From Desulfurococcaceae archaeon (lineage in GTDB: Archaea > Thermoproteota > Thermoprotei_A > Sulfolobales > Desulfurococcaceae): 64,000 nucleotides of DNA. Positions within the stretch are counted from its first letter, which is position 1; each line of letters starts with the position of its first letter. Position numbers and translations under genes: made by a program. The stretch lies in the NCBI GenBank assembly GCA_038888155.1, contig JAWAJB010000002.1, forward strand, positions 242,331-306,330, written 5' to 3'. Under the pieces are notes generated by a model. That model saw nothing but the letters and a program-made list of their open reading frames with translations. It made no database searches and was not told the origin of the DNA. Positions 1 to 9,896 of this stretch are shown here, piece after piece.

Positions 1-610
1 GACACCCAATTCCACCTTTATGTCCTATCCATATTACACTGGATCCGCTTGGCTCTCCAATGATAACGTAATTCGGCCTCGTTAGGCCCTGTTTAACAAG
101 GTACCCTGTCCCAGTTTCCCCTCCAGTTTCCTCGTCTGGGACTAGTGCTACTTCAATTGTGCCCTTTAGGGGCAGACGGGACTCCACTAGCGCTTTGGCC
201 GCTGCAAGGAAAGCTGCTATTCCTCCCTTCATATCGCATGTTCCGCGCCCGTAGATCTTTCCCCCCTCTATGGTGGGCTCAAACGGCTTTTTGCTCCACC
301 CGAAGCCAGGGGGGACGACATCGTAGTGGCCATTAAAGTGGAGCACTGGCTCCCCAGATCCATATCTCCCGAGAACTATGTACCTCGGGTAGTTCGCGTA
401 CTCGGGCCTGTGCTTGGCGACGTATTCCCTGGGGACCTCGATGAGATCAACGTTAAACCCAATTGACTTTAACACCTCGCTAGCTAGAGCAGAGAACTCC
501 CTGTAGTTCTCGCCCGGCGGGTTAACTGTTGGTATAGAGACCATATCTTTAAGGAGACTTAGACCCCAACTAATATACTCTTCTATTTTACTTAAACTCA
601 CTTCCCTCAC
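1..610 (-). CDS. M20/ArgE-DapE family metallopeptidase/deacylase (5' part; runs off window start; not in ORF track)
   Basis: Manual translation from GTG 610 (or 601): MREVSLSKIEEYISWGLSLLKDMVSIPTVNPPGENY...LHFNGHYDVVPPG...YGRGTCDMKGG...VPDEETGGETGTG...IGEPSG...IGHKG; all M20 Zn-binding motifs present. Confidence 0.9.
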   Translation of the reverse strand, partial: MREVSLSKIEEYISWGLSLLKDMVSIPTVNPPGENYREFSALASEVLKSIGFNVDLIEVPREYVAKHRPEYANYPRYIVLGRYGSGEPVLHFNGHYDVVPPGFGWSKKPFEPTIEGGKIYGRGTCDMKGGIAAFLAAAKALVESRLPLKGTIEVALVPDEETGGETGTGYLVKQGLTRPNYVIIGEPSGSSVIWIGHKGGIGC

Positions 611-861
611 ACCGATTTGGAGGAATTTTATACTTAGGTTAATTAATTTACTTGCAAATGATTATATCCAGAAGAGAAAAAATGTCAGACTCAAGCGATT
701 TTACTCTTTAGCTGAACTGCGATGACGTTGAATTTCTATTCAAGGTCGGACTTTAAGCGGACTCAGACTCTATTAAAACCTGTAGCATTTCCCCTAGCTA
801 TCCAAATTATACTTATTTGCCTTGTAAGTTAAAGGCTTATAGCAGCACATACTAAATTGAA

Positions 862-2136
862 TCAGATAATCGTATAATTGTAGTATTGTTTTAGAAACGA
901 GGTAAAGTTCTCCCATTCTGGTTCAATTGGTGGAGGGATCTTCAAAGAGAGAGGTCTCGTGTCTTTAAGCCCTGCAGATGTAATTACTGTGATAATAACG
1001 GCATCTCTCTCGACCTTTCCTTCTTCAATAAGCTTTATGGTAGCTGCCAAAGATGCTGCAGAGGCTGCCTCGGGGAAGATGCCCTCATATCTGGCTAGTA
1101 AATAAATTGCTTCAACTATTTCACTATCCGATACAGGCTGAGCTAATCCACCGGAGTCTCGAATTGCGCGAAAGGCTTGATAGCTACTTATGTTCCCAGC
1201 TATAGATAAGGCAATGCTTTCCTTGGCTGATACCTTCTCTACGTAATCTAGGCCTTTTTTAAGAGCATTAGCAAGGGGGCCCATCTCTGTCTCTGCCGCT
1301 ACCATTTTAGGGATCCTGTCGATAAATCCCAGCGTGTAGTAGTCATTAAACCCTGCCCAAATGCCGTACAACCCCTCTCCATTAGCAGTTGGAACAACAA
1401 CGTAATCCGGGACATTAAAGTTTAGTTGCTCGACGATTTCATAGGCTATTGTCTTATGTCCTTGTGTTCCATATGGATTTCCGGTTGGCATTGGTCGACT
1501 AAATGTACCGGTTGGATACCACCCAAGCTCATTTACACACTTATTCATCAAGAAGAGCCTTCCCTCTCCTGTTCTTACTGGAACCACCTTGGCACCATAC
1601 GCTCTCATAAATGCAAACATTGTCTCGGATATTAATGGATGTGCAAAAATAACTGCCTCCATGCCAGCTACAGCTGCGTAAGCAGCTGTAGAGGCTCCGT
1701 GATTTCCAGTTGTTGAGACGGTTGCCATTTTAGCGCCAAACTCTAGCCCCTTTGAAATTGCTATTGAACATAACCTATCTTTATATGACCATGTTGGATT
1801 GGTAGATTCGTTCTTAATGTAGAGGTTTCTTAAATGAAGTTTTTTCTCCAAGTTTTTAGCCTTAATTAGTTGCGTGTTACCTTCACCTAGCGTGATCATG
1901 TGTTTTTCATTTTCTACAGGCAATAGCTCTTTGTACCTCCAAACTCCTAATTCCTTAGGTCTCTTAAGGAAAAGGTCCCTTGAGATCTCACTTGAGATGG
2001 CTTCAAAATCGTAGGTTACTATGAGATTTGAAACAAATTTATCAGTTCTACAGCTAGGACATCCATTGAAGAGCTTTGAAATAGGATACTCTGCACCACA
2101 TTTTATACACTTTAAGCCAACTACTCTCCTCTTCAT
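862..2136 (-). CDS. Threonine synthase-like PLP fold-type II enzyme
   Basis: N-terminal CxxC...CxxC, TLGEGNT, KNESTNPTWSYKDR (PLP Lys), TGNHG, EGIFPE; ATG 2136 preferred (GGAG upstream). Substrate uncertain. Confidence 0.85.
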   Translation of the reverse strand: MKRRVVGLKCIKCGAEYPISKLFNGCPSCRTDKFVSNLIVTYDFEAISSEISRDLFLKRPKELGVWRYKELLPVENEKHMITLGEGNTQLIKAKNLEKKLHLRNLYIKNESTNPTWSYKDRLCSIAISKGLEFGAKMATVSTTGNHGASTAAYAAVAGMEAVIFAHPLISETMFAFMRAYGAKVVPVRTGEGRLFLMNKCVNELGWYPTGTFSRPMPTGNPYGTQGHKTIAYEIVEQLNFNVPDYVVVPTANGEGLYGIWAGFNDYYTLGFIDRIPKMVAAETEMGPLANALKKGLDYVEKVSAKESIALSIAGNISSYQAFRAIRDSGGLAQPVSDSEIVEAIYLLARYEGIFPEAASAASLAATIKLIEEGKVERDAVIITVITSAGLKDTRPLSLKIPPPIEPEWENFTSFLKQYYNYTII

Positions 2137-2256
2137 ATATAACTCCAATAACCAGTAGGGAAAGTTTGACTAATAAGCGTCTAAGACGCCTACAAAAAGT
2201 CAATAGTTGGCGACCCTGATTATACCGATGTGTCTTTCGAGTTAATGAAGAGAATT

Positions 2257-3543
2257 TTATTCATTCAACGGAGAGGAGGCAAGGGCCTTTATTGTCTCCT
2301 TGAGAACGCGCACCCCAGTAATAACATCGTTCCAATCGGTCCACTCAAGAGGAGAATGGCTGATTCCTCTATAGCTTGGCACAAATATCATTCCCGTCTT
2401 TACCTTAGATGCTAGATTTTGAGAGTCGTGTCCTGCGCCACTGTTTACTCTCTTCGTTTTGATGCCCATTTGTTTTGCAGCATTTTCAATAACATTTACT
2501 ACTTCATTTGAAAGCGGCACTGGCTTATGGGTTAAAAGGGTCTGTGTAGAAACTCGCACTCTATATTTTAATGTGAGTTGCTCTAGGAAGTCCTCAATGT
2601 CCTCCTTGAATTTAAAAATGTTATTCTCGTTGAAGTCCCTAATATCTATACCCATCTCAACCCTACCCGGAATGGTATTTATCACGTTGGGATAGACTTG
2701 CATTTTGCCAACCGTTCCTAGCGTAGTGGGGCTTATTCGTTCTGCATTCTTATATACGTACATAATTACCTCTGCAGAAGCAACAAGGGGATCCTTACGC
2801 ATTCTCATGGGAATTGTTCCAGCGTGACTTGCCTCGCCCTCTACGGTAACTTTTAGCCAAGTTATACCGTTAATGTTCTCCACTACCCCTATTGGTATTC
2901 CTTCGCTCCACAGGATAGGCCCCTGCTCAATATGTAGCTCAACCATATATTCGACATCATCTAACCCTCTTATGCAATTTCCCTTATAACCTATGTTCTC
3001 AAGGGCCTCCTCTAGAGTTTTCCCTTCACTATTTCTCGCCCTTAATGCCTCTTCAACGCTCAACTTACCAACTAGAACAGAGCTTCCAAGGAGACTTGGC
3101 GTGAAAGCTGATCCCTCTTCTGCAGTGAAAACTACAATTTCTATAGGTCTATCATTAATAAAATTCTCCTCGATGAGGCTCTTGATTGCCTCGATAGATC
3201 CAAACACTCCTAGGGCCCCATCAAATTGACCGCCATTTACCACTGTATCAATGTGGGACCCAGTCATAACTGTACCAGTTTTATATCTTGTCCCTTCCAG
3301 CCTTCCATATATGTTTCCAACGACATCAACTTTAACAGCAAGTCCCGCCTCCTCCATTAATCTGACAATGTAGTCTCTAGCCTTTCTATCGGCCTCAGAA
3401 CCCGTTAACCTAGTTACCCCCTTGGTTTCGTCTAATTCGCTGTATTTCTTAACCCCAATGGGGGGGTTGCGACCAAATTTGCCTGATTCAACAATTGTTT
3501 CAATTAATCTCTCAACATTAATACCCACACCACTATATGTCAT
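2257..3543 (-). CDS. Zn-dependent hydrolase, N-carbamoyl-L-amino-acid/allantoate amidohydrolase family
   Basis: GSHIDTV, FDGALG, AEEG, ELHIEQG, HAGT, SGAGHD, GISHSPLE motifs; start refined to ATG 3543. Confidence 0.9.
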   Translation of the reverse strand: MTYSGVGINVERLIETIVESGKFGRNPPIGVKKYSELDETKGVTRLTGSEADRKARDYIVRLMEEAGLAVKVDVVGNIYGRLEGTRYKTGTVMTGSHIDTVVNGGQFDGALGVFGSIEAIKSLIEENFINDRPIEIVVFTAEEGSAFTPSLLGSSVLVGKLSVEEALRARNSEGKTLEEALENIGYKGNCIRGLDDVEYMVELHIEQGPILWSEGIPIGVVENINGITWLKVTVEGEASHAGTIPMRMRKDPLVASAEVIMYVYKNAERISPTTLGTVGKMQVYPNVINTIPGRVEMGIDIRDFNENNIFKFKEDIEDFLEQLTLKYRVRVSTQTLLTHKPVPLSNEVVNVIENAAKQMGIKTKRVNSGAGHDSQNLASKVKTGMIFVPSYRGISHSPLEWTDWNDVITGVRVLKETIKALASSPLNE

Positions 3544-4009
3544 ATTCCCGGGCACCCATATTATGTAATAGATTAGAGAGTTATACAACTTTCTGAATGT
3601 TTTCCGGGTAAAAATATCAAGCGATGTCGAGTACTAAGCGATCCACATTAGTGCATTTACTAGTCTATATTTGGGGCTACAAGCTCGGCGCCTGATATTA
3701 CATAATCCCGCGAGGACCTTTAAGCCATAAAACCGCTCAAAATCATATTTGCCTTCATAATTTGATACCTGACGCGATTTTAATAGTTGGGCTTGCAAAG
3801 TGAGATATCTGCAGTTATTGAATTCAAGTGCATACAGAAAAAGAGTCCCACCAACCTATCAATAGTTGTTCATAAAACAAGCTGACTATATCCAACTAAC
3901 AATATTTAAGTATCGATCCCCCAATAGGACACGCAAGTGAATGGACTGATTATGGTAACTATCCTTTGAGGCTTATGTTACAATAACTGTGCGCCTGCTG
4001 GAAACTAAA

Positions 4010-4267
4010 TTAACTATGGGCTCGAACTGCCTTAGCAAATATTAATTTGTTATTTATATGAGAAATCTCAACTACTTTATAGCCATACCTTGAAATTAAC
4101 AGCTCTAGAATTCTAAATGGCACGGTCTCTATGTTGAAATAGATCTTTAGTTCAGAGACTCCCCTATTAGAGGCCTCAGAGGCCAAGCTATTTAATAAGG
4201 CTATTGGATGTTCTTTACACGAGTTTTTTGCCTCCCTTAGATCTATTTCAACACTTGACATCTCCAA
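4010..4267 (-). CDS. Small protein, possible SirA/TusA-like fold
   Basis: 85 aa; N-terminal EIDLR...C..HP and later 'YGYKVVEI' resemble TusA (DLRG..CPxP ... GY.V); weak similarity. Confidence 0.5.
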   Translation of the reverse strand: MEMSSVEIDLREAKNSCKEHPIALLNSLASEASNRGVSELKIYFNIETVPFRILELLISRYGYKVVEISHINNKLIFAKAVRAHS

Positions 4268-4461
4268 AACCTACATCGGTTATATACAAGCCAATTAAAT
4301 CCAAATAAAACTTTTATATGGCATATTATAATTTTCCTCCAGCTCCTTGCTCACAAATCGTTGAAGACATTTTATGATGTTAAATTAATATGATCGATCC
4401 CTGTGGGAGTTGGAATGAAGGCATATAATGTTCAAAATTAAATAATAGCCATGGTGAAAAA

Positions 4462-5589
4462 ATGAAAATTACTCAAGTAGATATTATTCCACTTAGCGTT
4501 CCTTCTTCAAGGCCATTAAAAGTTGGAACATATGGAGAATTGGGTGAAAAGTTAAACTTCATAATGAGCAAAGTCTACACAGACGAAGGTATAGTTGGCT
4601 ATGGCGAGGCTCCTCCGCTTCCGCCACTATCACCTGAATCGCAAGAAGTTATAGTAGGAGTACTACAGAAAAGAATAGTTCCTTCAATCCTAGGGGAGGA
4701 TCCCTTTGATCATGAGGGTATTTGGGAAAAGATGGATTTTGTAGCACCTACTTATCCTATGGCAAAGTCTGTGATCGATATTGCTTTGTATGATATAGTG
4801 GGTAAAGCACTTAACATTCCATTATATAAATTCCTCGGCGGAGGATCCAATAAAAAATTCCCAGTGGTTGGATTAATTGGCCTTGGGACCACGGATTTAG
4901 TAGTTAACGAAGCCAGGAGGCTCGTAAGTGAGGGCTATAAAGGGTTAAGGCTCAAGATTAGCCCTGGAAGGGATGTTGAGCTAGTGAAAGCAGTTCGTCA
5001 AGAAATTGGAGATGATGTGACCATACGTGTTGACGCCAATCAAAGCTACTCAAAGTACAGGGCAATAAGAACGATAAGAGCTATTGAGAGATATGAAGTC
5101 GAACTTGTAGAACAACCTACACCTTGGTGGGATTTCAAGGGCTTAGCTGAAGTCGCTAAATCTGTCGACACGCCAATTATGCCGCATGAATCCCTATATT
5201 TAATTTCAGATGTTAAAGCCTTAATCGATCTAGAAGCCCTCGAAGTCCTAGGATTAAAAGTTTATAGACCTGGCGGCGGTATAACTAGCGCGAAAAAATT
5301 AATTAACATGGCGCAAATATTAAACATTCCATGCTTACTCCACGATGATATAGAGCTTGGGGTTTCATTGGCAGCTGCAGCGCATTTCATTGTGGCAAAT
5401 TATAGGAACATTAAATTGAAGTGCGAACTTTCTGGTTATCCCGATTGGATAGGCGATGAAGTAATCAAGACGCCTGTAAAGATAGTTAAAGGATTTGCTG
5501 AGGCACCAGAAGGACCTGGTCTAGGAGTTGAACTCGACGACGAAAAAGTTAAAAAGTACTCTAAAGGAATTATAACTTGCAAATTATGA
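4462..5589 (+). CDS. Enolase superfamily, muconate-lactonizing/dipeptide epimerase/NSAR subgroup (divergent)
   Basis: TDEGIVGYGE, IDIALYDIVGKALNIPLYKFLGG, RVDANQ, VEQP, PEGPGLGVELD. Confidence 0.9.
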   Translation: MKITQVDIIPLSVPSSRPLKVGTYGELGEKLNFIMSKVYTDEGIVGYGEAPPLPPLSPESQEVIVGVLQKRIVPSILGEDPFDHEGIWEKMDFVAPTYPMAKSVIDIALYDIVGKALNIPLYKFLGGGSNKKFPVVGLIGLGTTDLVVNEARRLVSEGYKGLRLKISPGRDVELVKAVRQEIGDDVTIRVDANQSYSKYRAIRTIRAIERYEVELVEQPTPWWDFKGLAEVAKSVDTPIMPHESLYLISDVKALIDLEALEVLGLKVYRPGGGITSAKKLINMAQILNIPCLLHDDIELGVSLAAAAHFIVANYRNIKLKCELSGYPDWIGDEVIKTPVKIVKGFAEAPEGPGLGVELDDEKVKKYSKGIITCKL

Positions 5590-5657
5590 ACTTTGTTTTC
5601 CAGAGAATACATCTTTTATATGTACATACTTTTGAGCGAATCAGTTTTATCTTAGCT

Positions 5658-6917
5658 CTAAACTGAGGAGATTAAATTTAGATATAGCTCCGCGTAGATC
5701 TTAGAAGCTGTGACAATGTTGTTGACCTCAATGTATTCATTGGGGGCATGCACTCCAACGGCGCCTGGACCATATGTTGCAACTTCATAGCCCTTCATTA
5801 GATAATATATCATATCTAGCCCATTGAAGCATACAACCTTATCAGGTTTTACTCCTGTTATGTTTGCTGAAGACCTTTCAATAGCTTCATACAATTTTAA
5901 ATTTGGATCAGCAACAGCCGACTCCTGGGATAAGATCAGATTTGTCTCGACATCGATGCCCAATTCCTTGGCTTTAATAGCTATAAATTCCTCTATTTCC
6001 CTCCAAGCATCTTCAACAGTTTCTTCAGGGATAACCCTCCTATCTATACTAAAAATTACTTCACCGGGGACTTGGTTGATCTTTTCTCCTCCCTTTAGTA
6101 ACCCTCCTATCATTAAAGTAGCCTTTGAGGCCTCTTCAATATCATATTTGAACTTGCTCCTTTTGCTTTCAACCTTTGGAACTAGTTCGTCGAACATTTT
6201 AACTGCTAAGCGAGAAGCTCTCTCAAAAGCATTTACACCTAGCCAAGGAGATGCACCATGAGCTGTTTTGCCCTTAACGATAACTAATCCCCTAATGCGT
6301 CCCTTTTGGCCAATGTAAATCCTATTCAACCCCGTTGGTTCAGCGATAACCACATATCTCCCTCTGACCTTGTTATTCTCGGTAATGTACTGCGTCCCAG
6401 TTTCACCGCCGATCTCCTCATCTGGTACCAGGAAGATCTCGATCCCGTAACCAGTTTTATCAATAGCACCTAGGAGCCCTACAATTGATAAGATTGTTGC
6501 TGTTATCCCTCCCTTCATGTCTCCTGCCCCTCTTCCAAATACTTTCCCATCTATTAGTTTTGGCTTAAATGGCTCTGTTACAGTCCAGCCGGGACCGCCT
6601 GCGACAACATCATAGTGCCCGTTAAAGTGTAAAATGGTGTTTCTCGAATCCCCCACTCTAATTATTGCTAGGTACCTTGGTTTACTCTTTCCCTCAGCTG
6701 GCAACCTGGGGTCTGTATATTCTGAAGGAATAGTCTCTATAGTGACGATAATACCGTAATCCTTTAGAAAGTCTCTAATTAACTCTACAAATTCTTTGTA
6801 ATTGGTGCCCTCGGGTGATATTGTGGACAACGAGATCATATCGAGAAATAGTTTCACAAAGTTGTCAGCTTCCCTGCTTATGGTTCCATAAATCTTCTCT
6901 TTATTAATATAGGTCAT
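5658..6917 (-). CDS. M20/ArgE-DapE family metallopeptidase
   Basis: HFNGHYDVV, GRGAGDMKG, PDEE, AEP, AHG, HAPNE; paralog of the 1-610 gene; ATG 6917 preferred. Confidence 0.9.
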   Translation of the reverse strand: MTYINKEKIYGTISREADNFVKLFLDMISLSTISPEGTNYKEFVELIRDFLKDYGIIVTIETIPSEYTDPRLPAEGKSKPRYLAIIRVGDSRNTILHFNGHYDVVAGGPGWTVTEPFKPKLIDGKVFGRGAGDMKGGITATILSIVGLLGAIDKTGYGIEIFLVPDEEIGGETGTQYITENNKVRGRYVVIAEPTGLNRIYIGQKGRIRGLVIVKGKTAHGASPWLGVNAFERASRLAVKMFDELVPKVESKRSKFKYDIEEASKATLMIGGLLKGGEKINQVPGEVIFSIDRRVIPEETVEDAWREIEEFIAIKAKELGIDVETNLILSQESAVADPNLKLYEAIERSSANITGVKPDKVVCFNGLDMIYYLMKGYEVATYGPGAVGVHAPNEYIEVNNIVTASKIYAELYLNLISSV

Positions 6918-7033
6918 GTTTGCACTACCCACATTTTTAATATCCGACGTATAAATAAATTTGTCTACATCTTCATAGTCAATAATGAAACAAAGAGATA
7001 ACAGCGATAACGGGAAATCAAGGTTTTCCTTCT

Positions 7034-7744
7034 TTACTTGGGCCCCCTTTCCAGCTCTTCCTTGATGCGATTCCTTAGCTCCTTTATTTTACTTAGGTTT
7101 TCCTTTATTTTCTCGAGCCATTCTTTCGATGCCTCAATGCCTTTCCTAGTGAAAAACGCCACTGCTTCGCTACGGCTCTTAAATATACCGGCCTCTACCA
7201 GCTCGTCGATGATCATTGCATCTTCATCCCTTAGCCTTATTGACGAGATAACTGTAGACAAAGACTCTAAAGCGCTTCTAGTTTCATTAATTGCAAATCT
7301 CACAGTTTCTTCTAGTTCCTTTCCAACAACTTCTGCAAGCCTCCAAGGCAAAGTAGTAATCGCACTCCATGTAGATCTCCTTTTAATCTTGATCTCCGGG
7401 TATTTTTCCTCGATGTATTTAATGACTTCTCCGTATTTATCTTGGAATTCCTTTATCATTGTCTTCATATACTCCTCCAAGCTTCTAGTAGCATCAATCA
7501 CAGCCATGTCGTTGAACTTTTTGGCTTCCTCCATTATTTCTCTCACTCCTCGCCTAGTCTCAATTAATGCGTCTTCGAAATAGTCTACAATGTGTTCTAG
7601 TTTCCTATAAAGCCTCATTACTTTTTGTGGAGTGAGCCAATCGGAGACCTCTGATCTAAGGACCTCGAGCTCTTCTAACGCCTTTTTAAAGGCTCTCTCA
7701 AGTCTATCCTTTATTAATTTCAATTCATTTTTTGTGTCAGACAT
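7034..7744 (-). CDS. Helical/coiled-coil protein with C-terminal ribbon-helix-helix (CopG-like) domain
   Basis: Start refined to ATG 7744 (MSDTKNELK); C-terminal VISSIRLRDEDAMIIDELVEAGIFKSRSEAVAFFTRKGI matches the RHH pattern. Confidence 0.7.
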   Translation of the reverse strand: MSDTKNELKLIKDRLERAFKKALEELEVLRSEVSDWLTPQKVMRLYRKLEHIVDYFEDALIETRRGVREIMEEAKKFNDMAVIDATRSLEEYMKTMIKEFQDKYGEVIKYIEEKYPEIKIKRRSTWSAITTLPWRLAEVVGKELEETVRFAINETRSALESLSTVISSIRLRDEDAMIIDELVEAGIFKSRSEAVAFFTRKGIEASKEWLEKIKENLSKIKELRNRIKEELERGPK

Positions 7745-8038
7745 ATTACCACATCTCTTGTAATTTTGTAAAAACAACCTATAAAATTTTTCTAATACAA
7801 ATCGCGACAAAGCAAACAATTTTTGATCCTTCAATCTTGGAGTTCTTTGCGCTTGTGTAATTGATGAGCACAATCTATTATTAACGTGATATAAACTGGT
7901 AAAAACTGGTCCGATTAGACTGACGTTTAACCAACTATTGATTTCTTGCACGCAGGCAATTCTACAGGATTTTTATGTCGAAAATTACATTATAGACCTC
8001 GCCCATAAATTTGAATTAAGTAAAAATAATTTTTTAAA

Positions 8039-8527
8039 CTATGGTTCAACATCGAATGGTATCTCTAATAGCTCTTTGGAGGCCCTAAATCTTACCTTAC
8101 CTATTTTAATTTTACCTATGTCCCTAGAGGAGATAGTGTGCTGTTTGTTGCATGCATTGATATTCCATATCTCCCCGTTAGTATCATATACTATGAGAAT
8201 ATGCAAGGTTTGTACCTCATCCGGTATTGGAAATAAATCATAAATTATGTTACCGTAATTTGATTCCGCTTCTTTACGCGACATTACCTTAATCTCGATT
8301 TTAAGGTCCTCGGCTATTTTTTTATTTGTTAAATCTTCTATTAACTTTATTTCCTCCGGGCTAGGCGCTTTATTGAATCTAACTGTAAGTCTGCCGTGCT
8401 TGCCATTAACATACACACCAGCAGTCCACATAGCGCTCGGTCCAAGGACTCTTACAACTGATCCTTTCAACAGATGGAGAGCCGTGTGGGTGCGAACTTC
8501 ATCAGTGTAATTCATCTGCTCCTTCAA
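8039..8527 (-). CDS. alaXS: Alanyl-tRNA editing protein AlaX-S
   Basis: HTALHLLKG (HxxxH) and NACNKQH (CxxxH) Zn motifs, about 160 aa. Confidence 0.9.
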   Translation of the reverse strand: MKEQMNYTDEVRTHTALHLLKGSVVRVLGPSAMWTAGVYVNGKHGRLTVRFNKAPSPEEIKLIEDLTNKKIAEDLKIEIKVMSRKEAESNYGNIIYDLFPIPDEVQTLHILIVYDTNGEIWNINACNKQHTISSRDIGKIKIGKVRFRASKELLEIPFDVEP

Positions 8528-8611
8528 TCCATGTGCACCGCAGAAGTATATTTACAATAATTGTTTTAAAAATTTTTGAGTCATGTTGCGTAATACACAG
8601 GATGCTTGAGA

Positions 8612-9856
8612 TCATTTGGTAAATTTAGAGAATATGTAGTAAATCAAACCTGTTACTGCCATTGAGGGCAGAGTTGCACCTAGCCAAGGCAAATAAGCCG
8701 AAATGATTACATAAAGGCCGAACCCAATAAACCACGATGCAATCCCAGGATATCTCAGCTGTTGTGCCTTTTCGCCGATTAGTTCTTCGATTTCATATTT
8801 TTTCCTGCATACCGCAAAGTAATCTATGATCATAATTGATGCTAAGGGAACGAAAGCCCCACCGATAAGTAGCAGGAACCATTCGTACTCTTGCATAGGG
8901 AAAATGAGAGCAATAGCTGTTCCTAGTAAACCCACGAATAAAATTTGTCTTCTAAGCGATTCACGGGGTCTTACATTCTTAAAGGTTATGGCAGCAGAAT
9001 ATATATCTAAGAACGTAGTAGTTGTAGTTGACAATAGCACAATCAGCATTGCCGGTATCCCCAGTCCATAAACAGCGATAATTCCTATCGGATCACCTAT
9101 ACCTAAGTACATGTTTGATATCCCGCCTACAAAATAAAACAAGCTACTAGTTATGAAGTACCCAAGAAATGTACTCCAGAAAGCACCTCCCTTTACGAGT
9201 CTTGAGTAATCAGCGACAAGGGGTAACCAAGAAACTGGCATCGCCACAACCAGGTCCAAGGCTTGTAGTTCGGTCAAATCGCCTGTACTGTAATGCCAAT
9301 TTACAAAGCCTATATTGCCAACAACTACAGTCGTAAGCCAAACAATGAGAACTAGTAGCATGAGAGCAGATATTCTTTCGAGCCACCTCCACTTTTTGGG
9401 TCCTACAACGGTCCAAAAAGTATTGAGCAATCCGAAAACTATTATCCATAAACTGAAATTCGACGGATACCCGAGAGCTATGAAAACGGTATCTAAGGCT
9501 CTTGCACCAACGATATTCATGACAGCAGTCCAGCCAATTAGTTGCAAGTAGTTGAGCAGGGATGCTAAGAATGATCCCTTCACACCAAGCGGTCTTCGCG
9601 AAAGAACCATTGTTGGGACGCCAACTTGATATCCCTCTAATGCCACAAGTCCCATTAACGCATTACCTATTATGTGCCCAATTATTATTACAACCAATGC
9701 TGAAAACAGTGAAACTCCAGGTACCAACAACGCGCCAGCCCAAAACTCAGCTATAGAAATGCCTGCTCCAAACCAAATTGCCAGCAGATCCCATGAATTT
9801 AGGAATCTCTGTGAGTGGGACACGGGCTCAATTCGGCTACTCGCATCTTCGCTCAT
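8612..9856 (-). CDS. cytX: NCS1/cytosine permease family, putative hydroxymethylpyrimidine transporter CytX
   Basis: WFGAGISIAE, QLIGWTAV, AMPVSWLPLVADYSR, STTTTTFLDIYSA; about 12 TM segments. Confidence 0.8.
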   Translation of the reverse strand: MSEDASSRIEPVSHSQRFLNSWDLLAIWFGAGISIAEFWAGALLVPGVSLFSALVVIIIGHIIGNALMGLVALEGYQVGVPTMVLSRRPLGVKGSFLASLLNYLQLIGWTAVMNIVGARALDTVFIALGYPSNFSLWIIVFGLLNTFWTVVGPKKWRWLERISALMLLVLIVWLTTVVVGNIGFVNWHYSTGDLTELQALDLVVAMPVSWLPLVADYSRLVKGGAFWSTFLGYFITSSLFYFVGGISNMYLGIGDPIGIIAVYGLGIPAMLIVLLSTTTTTFLDIYSAAITFKNVRPRESLRRQILFVGLLGTAIALIFPMQEYEWFLLLIGGAFVPLASIMIIDYFAVCRKKYEIEELIGEKAQQLRYPGIASWFIGFGLYVIISAYLPWLGATLPSMAVTGLIYYIFSKFTK

Positions 9857-9877
9857 AATACCACCAAAGGGATTCCA

Positions 9878-9896
9878 TATATAAACCAGTTTATAT
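9878..9896 (-). promoter_or_regulatory. TATA box of cytX overlapped by an 18-bp palindrome (candidate repressor operator)
   Basis: Minus-strand TTTATATA 22-29 nt upstream of the ATG; perfect inverted repeat ATATAAAC-CA-GTTTATAT at 9879-9896. Confidence 0.5.

Noticed and set aside
7861-7923. TTGATGA...CTGA, possible C/D box sRNA
   Set aside because: No recognisable internal D'/C' boxes at guide spacing and imperfect C box; likely chance
7745-7951. N-terminal extension of ORF 7034-7951
   Set aside because: Non-protein-like; covers the AT-rich promoter region; ATG 7744 is preceded by GTGGT
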